Shown in pieces: positions 22,389 to 34,027 of a stretch of DNA of 64,000 nucleotides; positions within the stretch are counted from its first letter, which is position 1; every line of letters begins with the position of its first letter. Under the pieces are notes generated by a model. It was given only the letters and a program-made list of their open reading frames with translations, did no database searches and was not told where the DNA came from. Source of the stretch: Podarcis erhardii (taxonomy: Eukaryota). The position numbers were made by a program, and so were the translations under genes. The stretch is from assembly GCA_964252035.1 (NCBI GenBank), contig OZ176206.1; one strand, written 5' to 3'.

Positions 22389-25129
22389 ACATTGTATTGC
22401 CCCAAGACCTGTTGACTGGTCATTCTGAAGGGTGACAGAATGTGACAACATCCTATGTTCCAAACTGGTTCCTCCTTGTATAATTAGATATTGGGCTGGG
22501 ACGCAGGTTAAGCCCCCGCTGGAGTCAGTGGTACAAGTTAGTCGTTGGGATATAAGTGCAGCTAACGTAGCCAGCTCCCTCTGCTTCCTGGGTTTAGCTT
22601 ATTCCAGGAGTCCCCCAAACTCCCCCCTGCTCTTGCCTCCCACAAACCTCGTCTTGAACATCGCCGGGCATCTTGGCAGTCCACTTAATGTCTTTTCTGC
22701 CTGCTGCATTGATTGCAATGTGTTGTGCTAGATGCTGTACAGTATTTAAGTGTATTTTTATTTCTCCTTTTGTTTATTATATGTTGCATTTTATTGTATT
22801 CCATAGAATTCACATGGTAGCACAATAAAATGCATTGTAAGAAATAAAAGAAGCAATGAAAATACAGTTAAAATCAATATGGATATTTAATGTGATGAAT
22901 GTGGCACCACCTGTTTTCACCCCACACATCCACAGACATGCCACAGGCCACTTGAATGGACCCCATGGTGATCCACAAACCCTTGCCTATTCTGACAATA
23001 TTTCACCTATGAAAATACCTAATTTTGCTTTTAATTTAGACCATATGGCTAAACCTGGTGTGGAATCGCTGTAGCCTAAGCTTAGGGTCCTCCAATTTCA
23101 TCACTCTGCTCATAATTACCCTGCTCTTGGCCCTTGAGGAATAATGTGTTTAATTTAGGGCTGCTTTCTTTCTGCTTTGATTTTTCCTCCACCAACCCAG
23201 CCACTGCTGCCGCTGCCGCCTCTCTCCAGCATGTCTCCGCTGTACGTCTGTGACCTTGGAGCAAGGACTGTCCCCCTCTCTGCCTGTGTTTCAGCCCTAG
23301 CTGTCTGGTTCTTTCTCGACTTTCCTCCGCGATTAGCCTGGTCCGTGTCCTTCCACTTTATCCCTAGCCAGGGCTTGTCTGGGTTGCTTGACTGTCGTCT
23401 TGCATTCTACAGAGGGAGAGAAAACACATAGAAACCAGTTGTTTCATGTTTGAAATCTGTGTTCTTTGTAAAAAGGTTTGTTTTTTAAAGAAATTGTCAT
23501 TAGAACAAAACTTCTGAAAACTATAGCAAGCAGTCTTATTTGAAAATATTTACTGTTCGGTTTTTCGATGGGTGGGACGCTGATCACAGTAAAGACCTTA
23601 CCTTTGGGTTATGATCTCAAAGCCTGTGTCTCTTGAAAATGCCTTTGATGGCCATGGGGTGTGCTTTCTGGCTTTCTTGAGGCTGGGGAAGTGTAGAGCC
23701 CATGGCTGCCAGCACACCTGAAGAGAGATCATTCACCAAGCCAAATGGCAAGATGCCCACCTTTCTCCCGACTACCCCAGACCTGCTGCGCTGGGCAACT
23801 TTATACTTTGGAAGTCAGCATTTCTAATGTGCTAAAGGCAGCCTCGTTGCTGTAGTGCATGTATTCCAATCGAACGGTTGTTTAGCTTGAGGGATGTCCA
23901 GGGCATGAGAAGCCCATTTACTGCATACATTACATTGCTTGAAAGTATCTGGGCGTCTTCCCCCTTCAGCACAGAAAGGACGCCTCGCCATTTGCCACCC
24001 TGGAACGATCTCCTTCCTTTGGTGTAATAAATTGTTTTACTTGCTTACGAAGGTTGTAGTTCTTGTGCTGGCATTTTTCAGTCTCCAGCAACCCGTAAAA
24101 CGAGACGCCGGTTCCAAGTCTTTCTGGAGTCCTTTAGATTCTGAACCAGAGGGATTCTGAATCCTGTGTGCATGTACTCATGGTGCAAGAGATAGGTTAA
24201 AGGAAATGCATGTCAAAACAGCGGTGTGAGCCTCTTGTTTGGCACTCTGGTTACCTGGGTGTTTTATATATATATATAGCTCCAGGTAACTATACCTGCA
24301 CTTGTCTTGCTTCAGGTTGGCACTTCAGTGTTCCATAGAGAGTTAATGTATTCTGCAGGAGCTATGCCAGGCTAGTTATATTTCATGGTTTGTTTTCCCA
24401 TTGCTGGTCCATAATCACCTTACCGCTCCTCCCTGTCTCATCCCCCCTCGTTTATTCCCCAACCCCCAGTTTGGGATTTAAGTTTGCTCTATTTGGAGTG
24501 GCTAGCAAGAGCCAGCCCCCCCCCCCAGCGTCTCACACAGTGACAGGAGGTGTGTTCTCATCTTCCGGGTGCTATATTTAACCACCTACCATCTGCTATT
24601 CTGACCCCCACCCACCAATTCCTTCCATTTAAGCCAGATTCCCTCGCCAGTGCGGCATGGGCTCTGACACGTGACCTCACTATCTGCACCTCCCTTAGAC
24701 GGGTTTGCCTGGCCTGTAGCTGGCAAAAGGCATCCTTGTGGAGAAAGGCAAGCAAATAAAGCAGGGCTTAAAAAACAGCCTGCCACCTACTTGTCCCAGA
24801 GGAGCTGATAGAATGAGATTGGCAGGACTTTTTATGCTTTTGTTCAGATTTGTCGGTGAAGGTTGTTCAGTCCTGGAGGACTTGTGCTGTTTCTCTGAGG
24901 AGCAACAAGCAGCCATCTATTGCACCCACAAACGCTGGGCAAAAAGCGGCCACCCTCCTTGGTGGTCTTTGAACATAGTCAAACAGTGTGAGGTCGAGCT
25001 TGGGTTAAAACAAATAATAATCTGTGTTAACTCTGCAAAGTCAAAGCCATGTTGGACAATTTTTTGGCCAATGAGAGATTAATGAGATATCTAATATACC
25101 CATACTGGGGGTGCAGGAAAACAGTAGCG

Positions 25130-25130
<1 letters not shown>

Positions 25131-25173
<43 letters not shown>
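25131..25173. repeat. (TTA)n microsatellite
   Basis: Direct reading. Confidence 0.95.
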
Positions 25174-25174
<1 letters not shown>

Positions 25175-25789
25175 TGCCTCCAAATCAAAGAAACACAACC
25201 GGAGAGAAATACTGAAGTAAAAACACGCTTCAGCTTTCAGAAACCACTGTAAAATTGGGTGGTTTGAACCCTGGCTTCTGTGGATTGAAATTAGCACTTC
25301 CTCGCTACTGACTCCACTGCTGGAGGTATTGCAGAATATCTATGAACATTCCTGCTGCTCAGACACTTAAACTGGGCCAGCACCCAAGGCCATGGGAAGG
25401 CTTGATAATAGCCATTTCCCAGGAAGCCTGCAGTGAGTGAGAATTGGTTCCAGAAGACCAAGCATGGAGATTTTTTAATCATTTGGGGAGGGAGCTGGTT
25501 CTTTTTTTCATTTCAGACCAACTTGTGGACGTATCTGTGGGTCTTTTCTCTCATCTGGGTTGGAAAAAGAGCTGTGGGAATGGGTGGGTGAAGCAGGTCT
25601 TCCTTTGAGAAAAAAAGCCCAACCCTTCTGGTTGGTTTGTTTTTAAGAAAGAAAGAAAAGGGATTTAATGTAATCGTGTGTTTGTGAGTGAGAGAGAGAG
25701 AGATGCCTTTCCTGCATAAACAGGGCTTGCAGCTGATCTTATTTATTATGCTTATATCTTAGTTTTCCTCCAAGGACAGTACCTGCTTT

Positions 25790-26174
25790 TTATCTTCACA
25801 ATAGTCCTTTGTGGTAGGTTAGGCTGAGAGATGGCCCAAGGTCGCCCAGAGAGCTTCATGCCCGAGTGGGGATTTTGAGCCTGGGACTCCACACTTGTCA
25901 CTATACCACACTGACCTGTGATGATGATGATGATGATGATGATGACGATGATGATGATGATGATTACATTTATATCCCATCTTTCCTTCAAGGAAGTTCA
26001 AGGTGGCATACCCAATTTTCCCTCTCCTCATTTCATCCTCAAAACAGCCCCGTGAGGTAGGTTAGGCTGAGAGAGTTAGCCCAGGGTCAATGAGCAAGCT
26101 TCGTGGCAGAATGGGGATTTGAACCCCAGTCTCCCAAGTCCTAGTCCAGCACTCTAGCCACTACACCACACTGG
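25790..26174 (-). mobile_element. Two tandem MIR-like CORE-SINE copies separated by a (GAT)n microsatellite
   Basis: Both copies show GTAGGTTAGGCTGAGAG, GCCCA.GGTC, GGGATTT.GA.CC and CACTA.ACCACACTG. Confidence 0.75.
25919..25964. repeat. (GAT)n microsatellite
   Basis: Direct reading. Confidence 0.95.
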
Positions 26175-27814
26175 TTTTCTTTTTAAAAAATAACCTGTGT
26201 CTCTTATTCGTAATAGTTCGCACCACAGGCACCAGGTGTGAATGGAAGGTCCAGCCTAGCTGGATAAGGACGAGGTGAGAGAGAAATTTCTGCTGAAGGT
26301 CACAAAGAAATGTAGTTTGGGGTTTGTTCGGTTTTTTTGCAAGTTGTAAGGTTGACTCAACCTTGCGGAGGTGTATATAACCCACTAAGACTCATTAAAA
26401 TCAGAGAGAAGGGGGAGCATGTAGATTGCAAATTTTAAAGCAATTCGCTTCCATCCATGCAAATGAGTGGGGAGTGAAGTTACTTATTTATTTGAAGCAT
26501 TTTTTGCCTTGCTCTCCGGCCCCCGTTCCTGCAAGAAAAGGGCTTCCAGAGGAGCTTGAAAGTATCAACAACAAGATGGTCTCAGTCCTGAGACTTTTCA
26601 AAGTGATGAATTTGCTCAACCACAGAAGAGATTTCCGAGCTCTCCTTTTATCCCTTTCCTCCCTTTGTGGCAAGGAATAAAGCGTTTATAGTGAATTTCT
26701 TTCTGAAGGCTCAGGTTTACACACACACAAACACACCCCACTCCATAAGGGAGATTTCTTGAGCAAGCGGGCTGGGGGGAAGCCAATCAGGATCTAAGCT
26801 CCACCAGCCGTCGGAGTATATAGCGGCCTGAATAGCGGACAGGACTGAGGCAGCGAAAAACATGTCTCGTTTGGCAAGCACCAGGGCTTAATTTATGGCA
26901 TCTCACTTTGTGTTCTCCCTCTGCAGGGACTGCAGCTTTCAGCCTTCATTCCCAATCAGCAGCCAAGAGTGTTTCTGCTTGCTCATTACTGGAGTTTTTT
27001 TTTTGGGGGGGGGTGCTTCCTGGTTTGGTTCTCCCTCCCCCATTTAAATATCACCAGAGCGTCTTCAGCTGAAGGGGAAAGTGGCTCACATACCACTCGC
27101 AAAGTCACTCTGGGTAGAATTGGCCAGTTTTGCTGGGGGCTGGTGCCAAGGAGAGCTGAATTCCGTTCAATTCAATTATTTTTGCATAAGCATCTCTTAT
27201 CTCATATCATTTATTCTGGCTTACCAGTTGTGGGGGGGGGGGGCGGCAGGGAGCAGTCCACACAAGGCAGAAAAGCACCATTGCCTCCAGCCGTTTGACC
27301 ATCACAATCTATTCCTTCTAGTGTTTCTTTACAGTTTTTTTAACTTGGATACTAGCTTAGTTTAAAAAAGAACAGCAAGTGAAACCCAGGCTGAGACTCT
27401 CAGGGAGCTGGATGCGGCTGTGAGATTATGTGCTCCCTTAGCATATGATGTGCCATCAAGAGATGGCTGGCATCTTTCTCCTCCGCAGAGGAGCACAGTG
27501 GGAAAGCCTCTAGACCTGCTAAAAAAGAGTGATCCCTCTTATCCCTGGATCAGCTGCTCTCCAACAAACATCTGCTTAACTCCCATCAAGTGTCTTTGGC
27601 ACCCAAGAGCAGGTTTCAGGCTCAGTGGCCTCCTAGCTCCTCCTTTCCTCTTCAGTTGCTTCTCAGAGGCATGGATTTGGGAGCGCCACACTGCAAGTGC
27701 TCTGGCACACTCCCAGGGAGCAACGTAGCAAATAAAATGTTGGCACATCTTAGGTTTTTTCCCCACACTAAATGGCACCCTGTTGGAGGTGGACATTCCT
27801 AAGCAGTGGGAAAA

Positions 27815-28262
27815 AGTTATTATTTATTCAATTGATAAACGCCTTTTATCAAAAGATCCCAGGGTGGTGAACAACATTTAAGAACACATTTTACGGAGCA
27901 CAATAATGAAAACATAATAAATAGCATAGTAATAGACAGCATAATAATAAAATAACTGTAGTAGCAGCCCCCCCTTTAACAGGCCATAGAATATTTAATG
28001 GCCAAAGGCCTGGGTAAAGAAGAATGTTTTTGCCTGGCACCTGAAGACATTTAATGATGGTGCCAAGTGAGCCTCTGTGGAGAACATTCCACAGATGGGG
28101 AGCCACCACAGAAAAGGCCAGTTCTCTTGTTGCAGCCTTCTGAACCTTTCTGGGAGGGAGGGCATAGAGAAGGGCCTTGGGCACCAAGCGCAGGGTCTGG
28201 GTCGGTTTGTATGGGAGAAGCAGACCTTAAGATATTGAGGTTCTGAGCCAGATGTCCCTGAT
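27815..28262 (-). mobile_element. L2 LINE 3' end remnant
   Basis: Frameshifted ORF2 C-terminus (LAFSVVAPHLWN...; AHLAPSLNVFRCQAKTFFFTQAF) followed by an AT-rich tail. Confidence 0.8.
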
Positions 28263-28505
28263 GTCTTTAGATAGCTTTGGTCAGGTCTGGACTTGAAACT
28301 GCAAAAAATGCTTTGATAGGGTCCTACTACCCTTTCTGTGCAGTGGCTGGTTGGGGTGGAGGCGCCATTAATACAGGCTCCCCTTCTGTCCCAGAACAAT
28401 TTGGTACCACCAGTAAAACTCGGTTGCCTCATTGCTCACCCCTAGCCTTGTCTTCCTTCTCCTCCCCCTCTTTCAGTTTTGCACTGTGTCTCTTAGATTG
28501 TAAGC

Positions 28506-28641
28506 CAGGCTTCCTCAACCTCGGCCCTCTAGATGTTTTGAGACTACAATTCCCATCATCCCTGACCACTGGTCCTGCTAGCTAGGGATCATGGGAGTTG
28601 TAGGCCAAAAACTTCTGGAGGGCTGAGGTGGAGGAAGCCTG
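28506..28641. mobile_element. 136-bp palindromic hAT MITE, opposite orientation to the 16514 copy
   Basis: TIR CAGGCTTCCTCAACCT / AGGTGGAGGAAGCCTG, 8-bp TSD TTGTAAGC / TTGTAGGC (7 of 8 match). Confidence 0.88.
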
Positions 28642-29394
28642 TTGTAGGCCTGCTAGTGGAGACTGTTATGTCTTCGTTTTTTCCACAGCCCTTACTAAGA
28701 GCTTTAAAAATGCATCACTTCATAAAATGATTTCCAGGGCTGAAAAGCCAAATGGACTCCCAAGCTCATGCGAACAGACCCACCTGTCATAAAGATCAGC
28801 CCTTCCTGTTCCAAGTGGTTCTGTTTGCCTCTTGTTGGCGGCTTCCATTTTGTAGTGCAGTATTTCTGCAGGTGGTGGTTGGCATAGTGGGGGAGAAAAG
28901 CCTTAAGGCGGATTTTGTTTTATTTTTGGTCTCTCAAGGGTCAGATGCAAATCAGTCTTCCCTTGCGCACATTCTGACAGTGGTGCCATGTGCAAGGTTT
29001 AATTTTATCCAGGCCTTGCCTACATCCTGAGGTCCTAATTGACTCTTTGATTGCCCGCCAGCATTAGGGGTGCAGCTGCACAAATCAGCCATCTCTGAGC
29101 TTTTCTGGATTCCCCCTAGATATCCGAGTGAGCAGGTCTTTCTGAGATGTTTAAAAATGGGATGGAGGGACAGGGTTTTCTCTTAATCTGCACAGGCCAC
29201 TCTCTGAAATAGTTGGTGGTACAGGAGCATGCAGCTCATGCATTTGTAATAGTGAACGTCATTTGCACTTTCCTATCCCTTATAGAGCCATCAGTTCTAG
29301 AGCAACATAGCAAGGAGGCAAGACTTTCCTAATTGGAGTTTACAGGCTGGATTTGGCAGAGAAGGTAGCGGTGGGCACATAGTTAGACTACAGA

Positions 29395-29665
29395 ACTCAC
29401 TGCCATAGGTGTCAGCAACAGCCACTAGCTGGGATGCCTTGGAAAGAGGGTTGGGCGAATACATAAGGCTATCAGTGGCAACTGGCTGTGACGGCTATAC
29501 CGTACCTCCACAGCTAGAAGCAGTAATGCTTCTGAATGCCAGTTTCTGGAAGCCACAGGAGGAGACAGGGTTTCTCCTAGGGGCATCTGATTGGCCATTG
29601 TGACAACAGGATGCTGGACTTGGATGGGCCACCACCCTGACCCAGCAGGCTTCCCTTACTTGGGG
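29395..29665 (+). mobile_element. CR1 LINE 3' end remnant
   Basis: AAGGCTATCAGTGGC..., ATGCTTCTGAATGCCAGTT, AACAGGATGCTGGACT.GATGGGCC. Confidence 0.65.
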
Positions 29666-29828
29666 TGAACAAATACAGGGATGACCATTTGAAGGTGCTT
29701 AAAACTGGCCCATGTCTTTCAGCATTAAGGTCTCTGGTAAGGAACTAAGGTTTTCCCCAACAAGGGATAGGGATGAATGTAAGGAACTGCAGCTGCGAGT
29801 GAGCATTGGGAGGTTAAGCCAAAGATAG

Positions 29829-30058
29829 GAGCAATGGACTTGTAACCTGGTGAACCAGGTTCCCTTCCCCGCTCCTCCACATGCAGCTGCTGGGTGACGT
29901 TGGGCTAGTCACACATCTCTGAAGTCTCTCAGCCTCACTCACCTCACAGAGTGTTTGTTGTGGGGGAGGAAGGAAAAGGAGATTGTTAGCTGCTTTGAGA
30001 CTCCTTCGGGTAGTGATAAAGCGGGATATCAAATCCAAACTCTTCTTCTTCCTCTTCT
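29829..30058 (+). mobile_element. Squam3-type (MIR/Ther1-derived) SINE
   Basis: CORE-like CTGGGTGACGTTGGGCTAGTCAC, ACCTCACAGAGTGTTTGTTGTG and a (CTT)n tail. Confidence 0.8.
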
Positions 30059-30220
30059 AGGGGAGTGGGTTTTCAGAAGGGCTTGCAAAGGCAATGGCAG
30101 AGCAAAGGTTTTTCTTGCTGTTCCAGGCAGAAGAAGACTGGGCGCCAAAGAGAGCAAGGCACTGAAACAGCTGAGCACAATGCCATTTAACACCAAGGGC
30201 TTGTTTCTTTGTTTCTCCAG

Positions 30221-30349
30221 GGGACAATTAGCGTTGGAATAGACGCCACTGACCTCTTTGATCGGTACGATGAGGAGTACGAAGAAGTGCCAGGGAGCAG
30301 CTTTCCCCATGTTGAAATTAACAAAATGCACATATCGCAGTCCATTGAG
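30221..30349 (+). CDS. DNAJC11: DNAJC11 exon 5 ([43 protein letters not shown])
   Basis: Acceptor tttctccag, donor gtaaag, 129 nt. Confidence 0.97.
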
Positions 30350-30358
30350 GTAAAGTAC

Positions 30359-30423
<65 letters not shown>
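30359..30423. repeat. (GT)n(GA)n microsatellite 10 nt after the exon 5 donor
   Basis: Direct reading. Confidence 0.95.
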
Positions 30424-30425
<2 letters not shown>

Positions 30426-30716
30426 TAAAAAGGGTTTCTCTGTTAATGAGGCACCTCAGCACAGAGCAATGAGAAATGAAATCTGGCTCAGGGATGCAAT
30501 TATCTGTTTCGAAATGGCACTGGAGGAAGTGGGGAAGGGCAGGTTCACTTGCGACTGAGCCCATGTGCTGTCAGAGTCTCTCATGCGCTCAAGTGCTGTG
30601 CTTGGGCACCCCATTTGTATGCCACACACCTCCCATCTCTGGAAGCAGAGAGTCTTCACAGGCTCTGCATGGGTTGCTCAAAAGCTGTTTCCCAGGCAGA
30701 GGGTGTTAGTAGTAGT

Positions 30717-31094
30717 AAAAAAAAAAGGTATGGTAAAGGACCCCTAGATGGTTAAGTCCAGTCAAAGGTGACTATGGGATGTGGCGCTCATCTCACATTT
30801 CAGGCTGAGGGAGCCAGTGTTTGTCCACAGACAGCTTTCGTGGCCAGCATGACTAAACTGCTTCGGGCGCAACAGAACACCATGACGGAAACCAGAGAGC
30901 GCACGGAAACACTGTTTACCTTCCCGCCGCAGCAGTACCTATTTATCTACTTGCACTGGTATTGCTTTTGAACAGCTAGGTTGATAGAAGCTGGGACAGA
31001 GCTCACCCCATCACACGGATTTGAACTGCCGACCTTCTGAACAGGAAGCCCAAGAAGCTCAGTGGTTTAGACCACAGCGCCACCTGCGTCCCGC
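30717..31094 (-). mobile_element. Full-length Sauria SINE with 13-bp TSD
   Basis: Starts GGGACGCAGGTGGCGCTGTGG on the minus strand, ends with a CCTTTACCATACC tail, TSD TGTTAGTAGTAGT at 30704-30716 and 31095-31107. Confidence 0.92.
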
Positions 31095-31944
31095 TGTTAG
31101 TAGTAGTGGGGAAGCCCAAAGACTCTTCTCTGCTTCTTCTGCACACTTGGTCAGCATCCCCTGCTCACTGTTAGTTGAACTGCAATATGATGGAGCATTC
31201 CGGGACACACCAAGGACAGCAAGCGGCGGAGGGGCATTCATAAAACTAGTCAACAGCACAGTTTCTGAGAGGGGTCGAATGCCAGGAGGCTGAGTGTAAA
31301 AAGAGCATATGGTGGACTTATTCAGTAGTTTGGTTGAATCATCACACCTCGAGTCTTGGCTAAGTGTGTATCTGCAGCAGATGATTGCCCTCAAATTCAC
31401 TGGTTAATCTGATTCCATGTCTTGGGCATATATGTCCACCCCTTCTACATGCAGAGAGCATCCATGCACCACACATTCTACCCACGTAGATGAGGCCACA
31501 CAGTGTTGGGGCATAGAGTTTAGTTCTCATTGTGGCCAACCAAATGCCTGCAGGGAACCTGCAAGCAGGAACCGAGCACAAGAACGCTCTCCTGTCCTGT
31601 GGTTTCTAACAACTGGTATTCAGAAGCATTGCTGCCTCTTAAGTGTGGAGGTGGAGCACAGCTGTCATGGCTTGCCATCAGTAACTTTCTCCTCCATGAA
31701 CTTGTCTCCTGTGTGCAGAGAGCATCAGTGCACACAGTTACATTACACTCTCCCTGTACCCACTCAGGTGAGGCCACCTGGTGTTGAGGCAGGATCTTAA
31801 GGATTCATTTATATGGGAGAATGTAAAGGGGTGCCATCCAGGTGGTTCTGGTTTTGGTGACACCTGCCACTGAGAGTTAGGCCTGCTGTAGATTTGTGCA
31901 GGACTGCTATGAGCTGCAATAAGACAGCTGTCTTTCTCTTGCAG

Positions 31945-32067
31945 GCTCCACTGACGGCCACAGACACTGCGATATTGTCGGGAAACCTCTCAACGCAGAA
32001 CGGGAATGGAGGCGGCTCTGTGAACTTGGCTCTGAGACGTGTGACGTCTGCCAAAGGCTGGGGAGAG
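31945..32067 (+). CDS. DNAJC11: DNAJC11 exon 6 ([41 protein letters not shown])
   Basis: Acceptor ctcttgcag, donor gtaaga, 123 nt. Confidence 0.97.
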
Positions 32068-32542
32068 GTAAGAGGACTCGTTTCTCCCAGTTTTCACCCT
32101 GTTTCTTGCTGTGTTTTAAGCCTTCCAGACTGCTGCTGCACCTCTTTCTCTGCCTTCCTTGTTGGTGGGAGGTCACTGATTTTCCTATGTTAGGGCACCC
32201 AGAGCCCTCTTTTGTTCACTCTCTCGAAGCTGGGCAATGTCGCTGTGCTGGACTAGGCTACCATGTGGACTTGCACAGTTAATTTCCTGCTGTGAGCACT
32301 GCCGTGTTCCAGGGGAGGAAGCACCACCTGCCTCCTCTCCCTGGCCATGCACTCTAGTGCCTATCCAGGCAATCCGAGTAGCTGCCATAGAGGAATAGTT
32401 AAAGGCAGCTTGTACAGGTGAAGGGCTGTGGGCAGCTCATGAGAGTGAGATCTCTGACCAGCACCAGAGCTTAACTGAGTCACACTGATCTCACCTTTGT
32501 AGCTGTTGCTTCCTAACTCTTGTCCGTCTTCTTTTTGTGCAG

Positions 32543-32616
32543 ATAGAGTTCGGAGCTGGAGACCTCCAGGGGCCTTTGTTTGGCCTGAAGGTGTTTCGGA
32601 ATCTTACACAAAGATG
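32543..32616 (+). CDS. DNAJC11: DNAJC11 exon 7 ([24 protein letters not shown])
   Basis: Acceptor tttgtgcag, donor gtatga, 74 nt. Confidence 0.96.
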
Positions 32617-32674
32617 GTATGACTTAGAAAGGGGTGGAGGACAACCTCCCACTCCTAGAAGGAACAGGACCAAT

Positions 32675-32800
32675 TTGTGATGTTATTATTTTTATCTTAT
32701 TTATATCCCACCCATCTGGTTGGGTTTCCCCAACCACATTGGGCAGCTTACAGCATATATAAAAATACAACCAAACATCAAACCTTAAAAAAAAGAATAT
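32675..32800 (-). mobile_element. L2-type 3' tail fragment
   Basis: TTTATATCCCACCCATCTGGTTGGGTTTCCCCAACCAC..GGGCAGCT, recognised from memory as a lizard L2 end. Confidence 0.55.
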
Positions 32801-34027
32801 GTAACCAATTATTCATCACTATCTCTATGTGTCTCTTCCATCTACAGGCAACCAGCCAACATACACAGTGGCACTGATATTAACCACCCACAGTGCCATT
32901 CAGAGTCTGAAACCAGTAGGAAGCCAGTTTTCGATCATATGGTTACCTTTTCTTTCAGCGCCCTGGTGTCTCTCAGAAAATACATGGCAGGCTGAAATGT
33001 AAATAATGTCACCATGCCAAACCTAGGGATTCAGAGATGTAGAATTGTTTGCTGTATTAAGTTCTTTCTTGTGAAAGAGGCCCATGGTGGATCCAAGGTC
33101 CGTCTAGCATCTCCATATGCGATGCCGCAAAGTATAGTCTTGAAACAGGAGCAGGTGCCTGCAAAGTGTCCCTGGCCTTCCAGTGAGACAGGCAGCTGCC
33201 TCTTGTAGGCCCTACAGTTTGGAAAAGGCAGGAAAGAGGATCAAGTGTCTCTCCCTCTTCTTTCATTCTCTCTTTATCAAAACGACAAGTCAATATTAGT
33301 AGGGAAACCTCCCCCCCCCCCCGGCTATATGAACTCTCCCCAAGCACAAATTGAACTTGGGAGAGACAGCAGGGGTCACCATGTTGCCACTTGTGTTGCT
33401 TGAGCCCCAGCCCCATTTCCCCTGCCGGGAACCCCCGGGAGTTAGCGCCAACTACCAAAGAGAGGGATCCCTGAATTTCTCGCCCATGTTTATTCCGCTG
33501 TATTTCTGTTCCGGCTGGATTTTCCTTGACCCTCCATTTGTCATTTTGTTTGTTAGAGGTGAGAGATGGGAAAATGCAAAAAGAAGGGAGTCTAGTATGG
33601 GAAAGAGAAAAGCTTACACAGGAAATTTAAAATATTCAAAGTGGCTTGCAGGTTAGGACTAAACTTGGATCAATGGCTCTGCTCTGCCTTCACGGTTGGA
33701 GACAATAAATGCTTCTGAATTCCAGTTGCTGGAAACGGCAGGAGGGGAGAGTGTGCTTGCCCTTGAATCCTGCTTGTCCATCATCAAGAGCCTCTTCTTT
33801 ACTGGGGTGCAATATCCCTCTGTGGCCAGAAGATGGCCTTTGCTTCTGCCTTAGCTCAGATCTTTCCAAAAGGAAATATTGGAAAAGTTGCCGCTTTTGA
33901 CAGCTTCCAGTTCAGTTCCTAGTGGGCAGCAGGGGCAGGCCCAGCTATCGCGCTGATCCAAAGCTGCCCAGTGCTGTCATCATTGATGGGCAGCAGCTGT
34001 CTGGGGTCTTTGGCCTGGAGCTGCCAG

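Noticed and set aside
25752-26060. Poly-His, poly-Asp and poly-Ile ORFs
   Set aside because: They are translations of the (GAT)n microsatellite.
26598-26710. Possible C/D box snoRNA (GTGATGA...CTGA)
   Set aside because: No terminal stem and no evident rRNA or snRNA guide complementarity.
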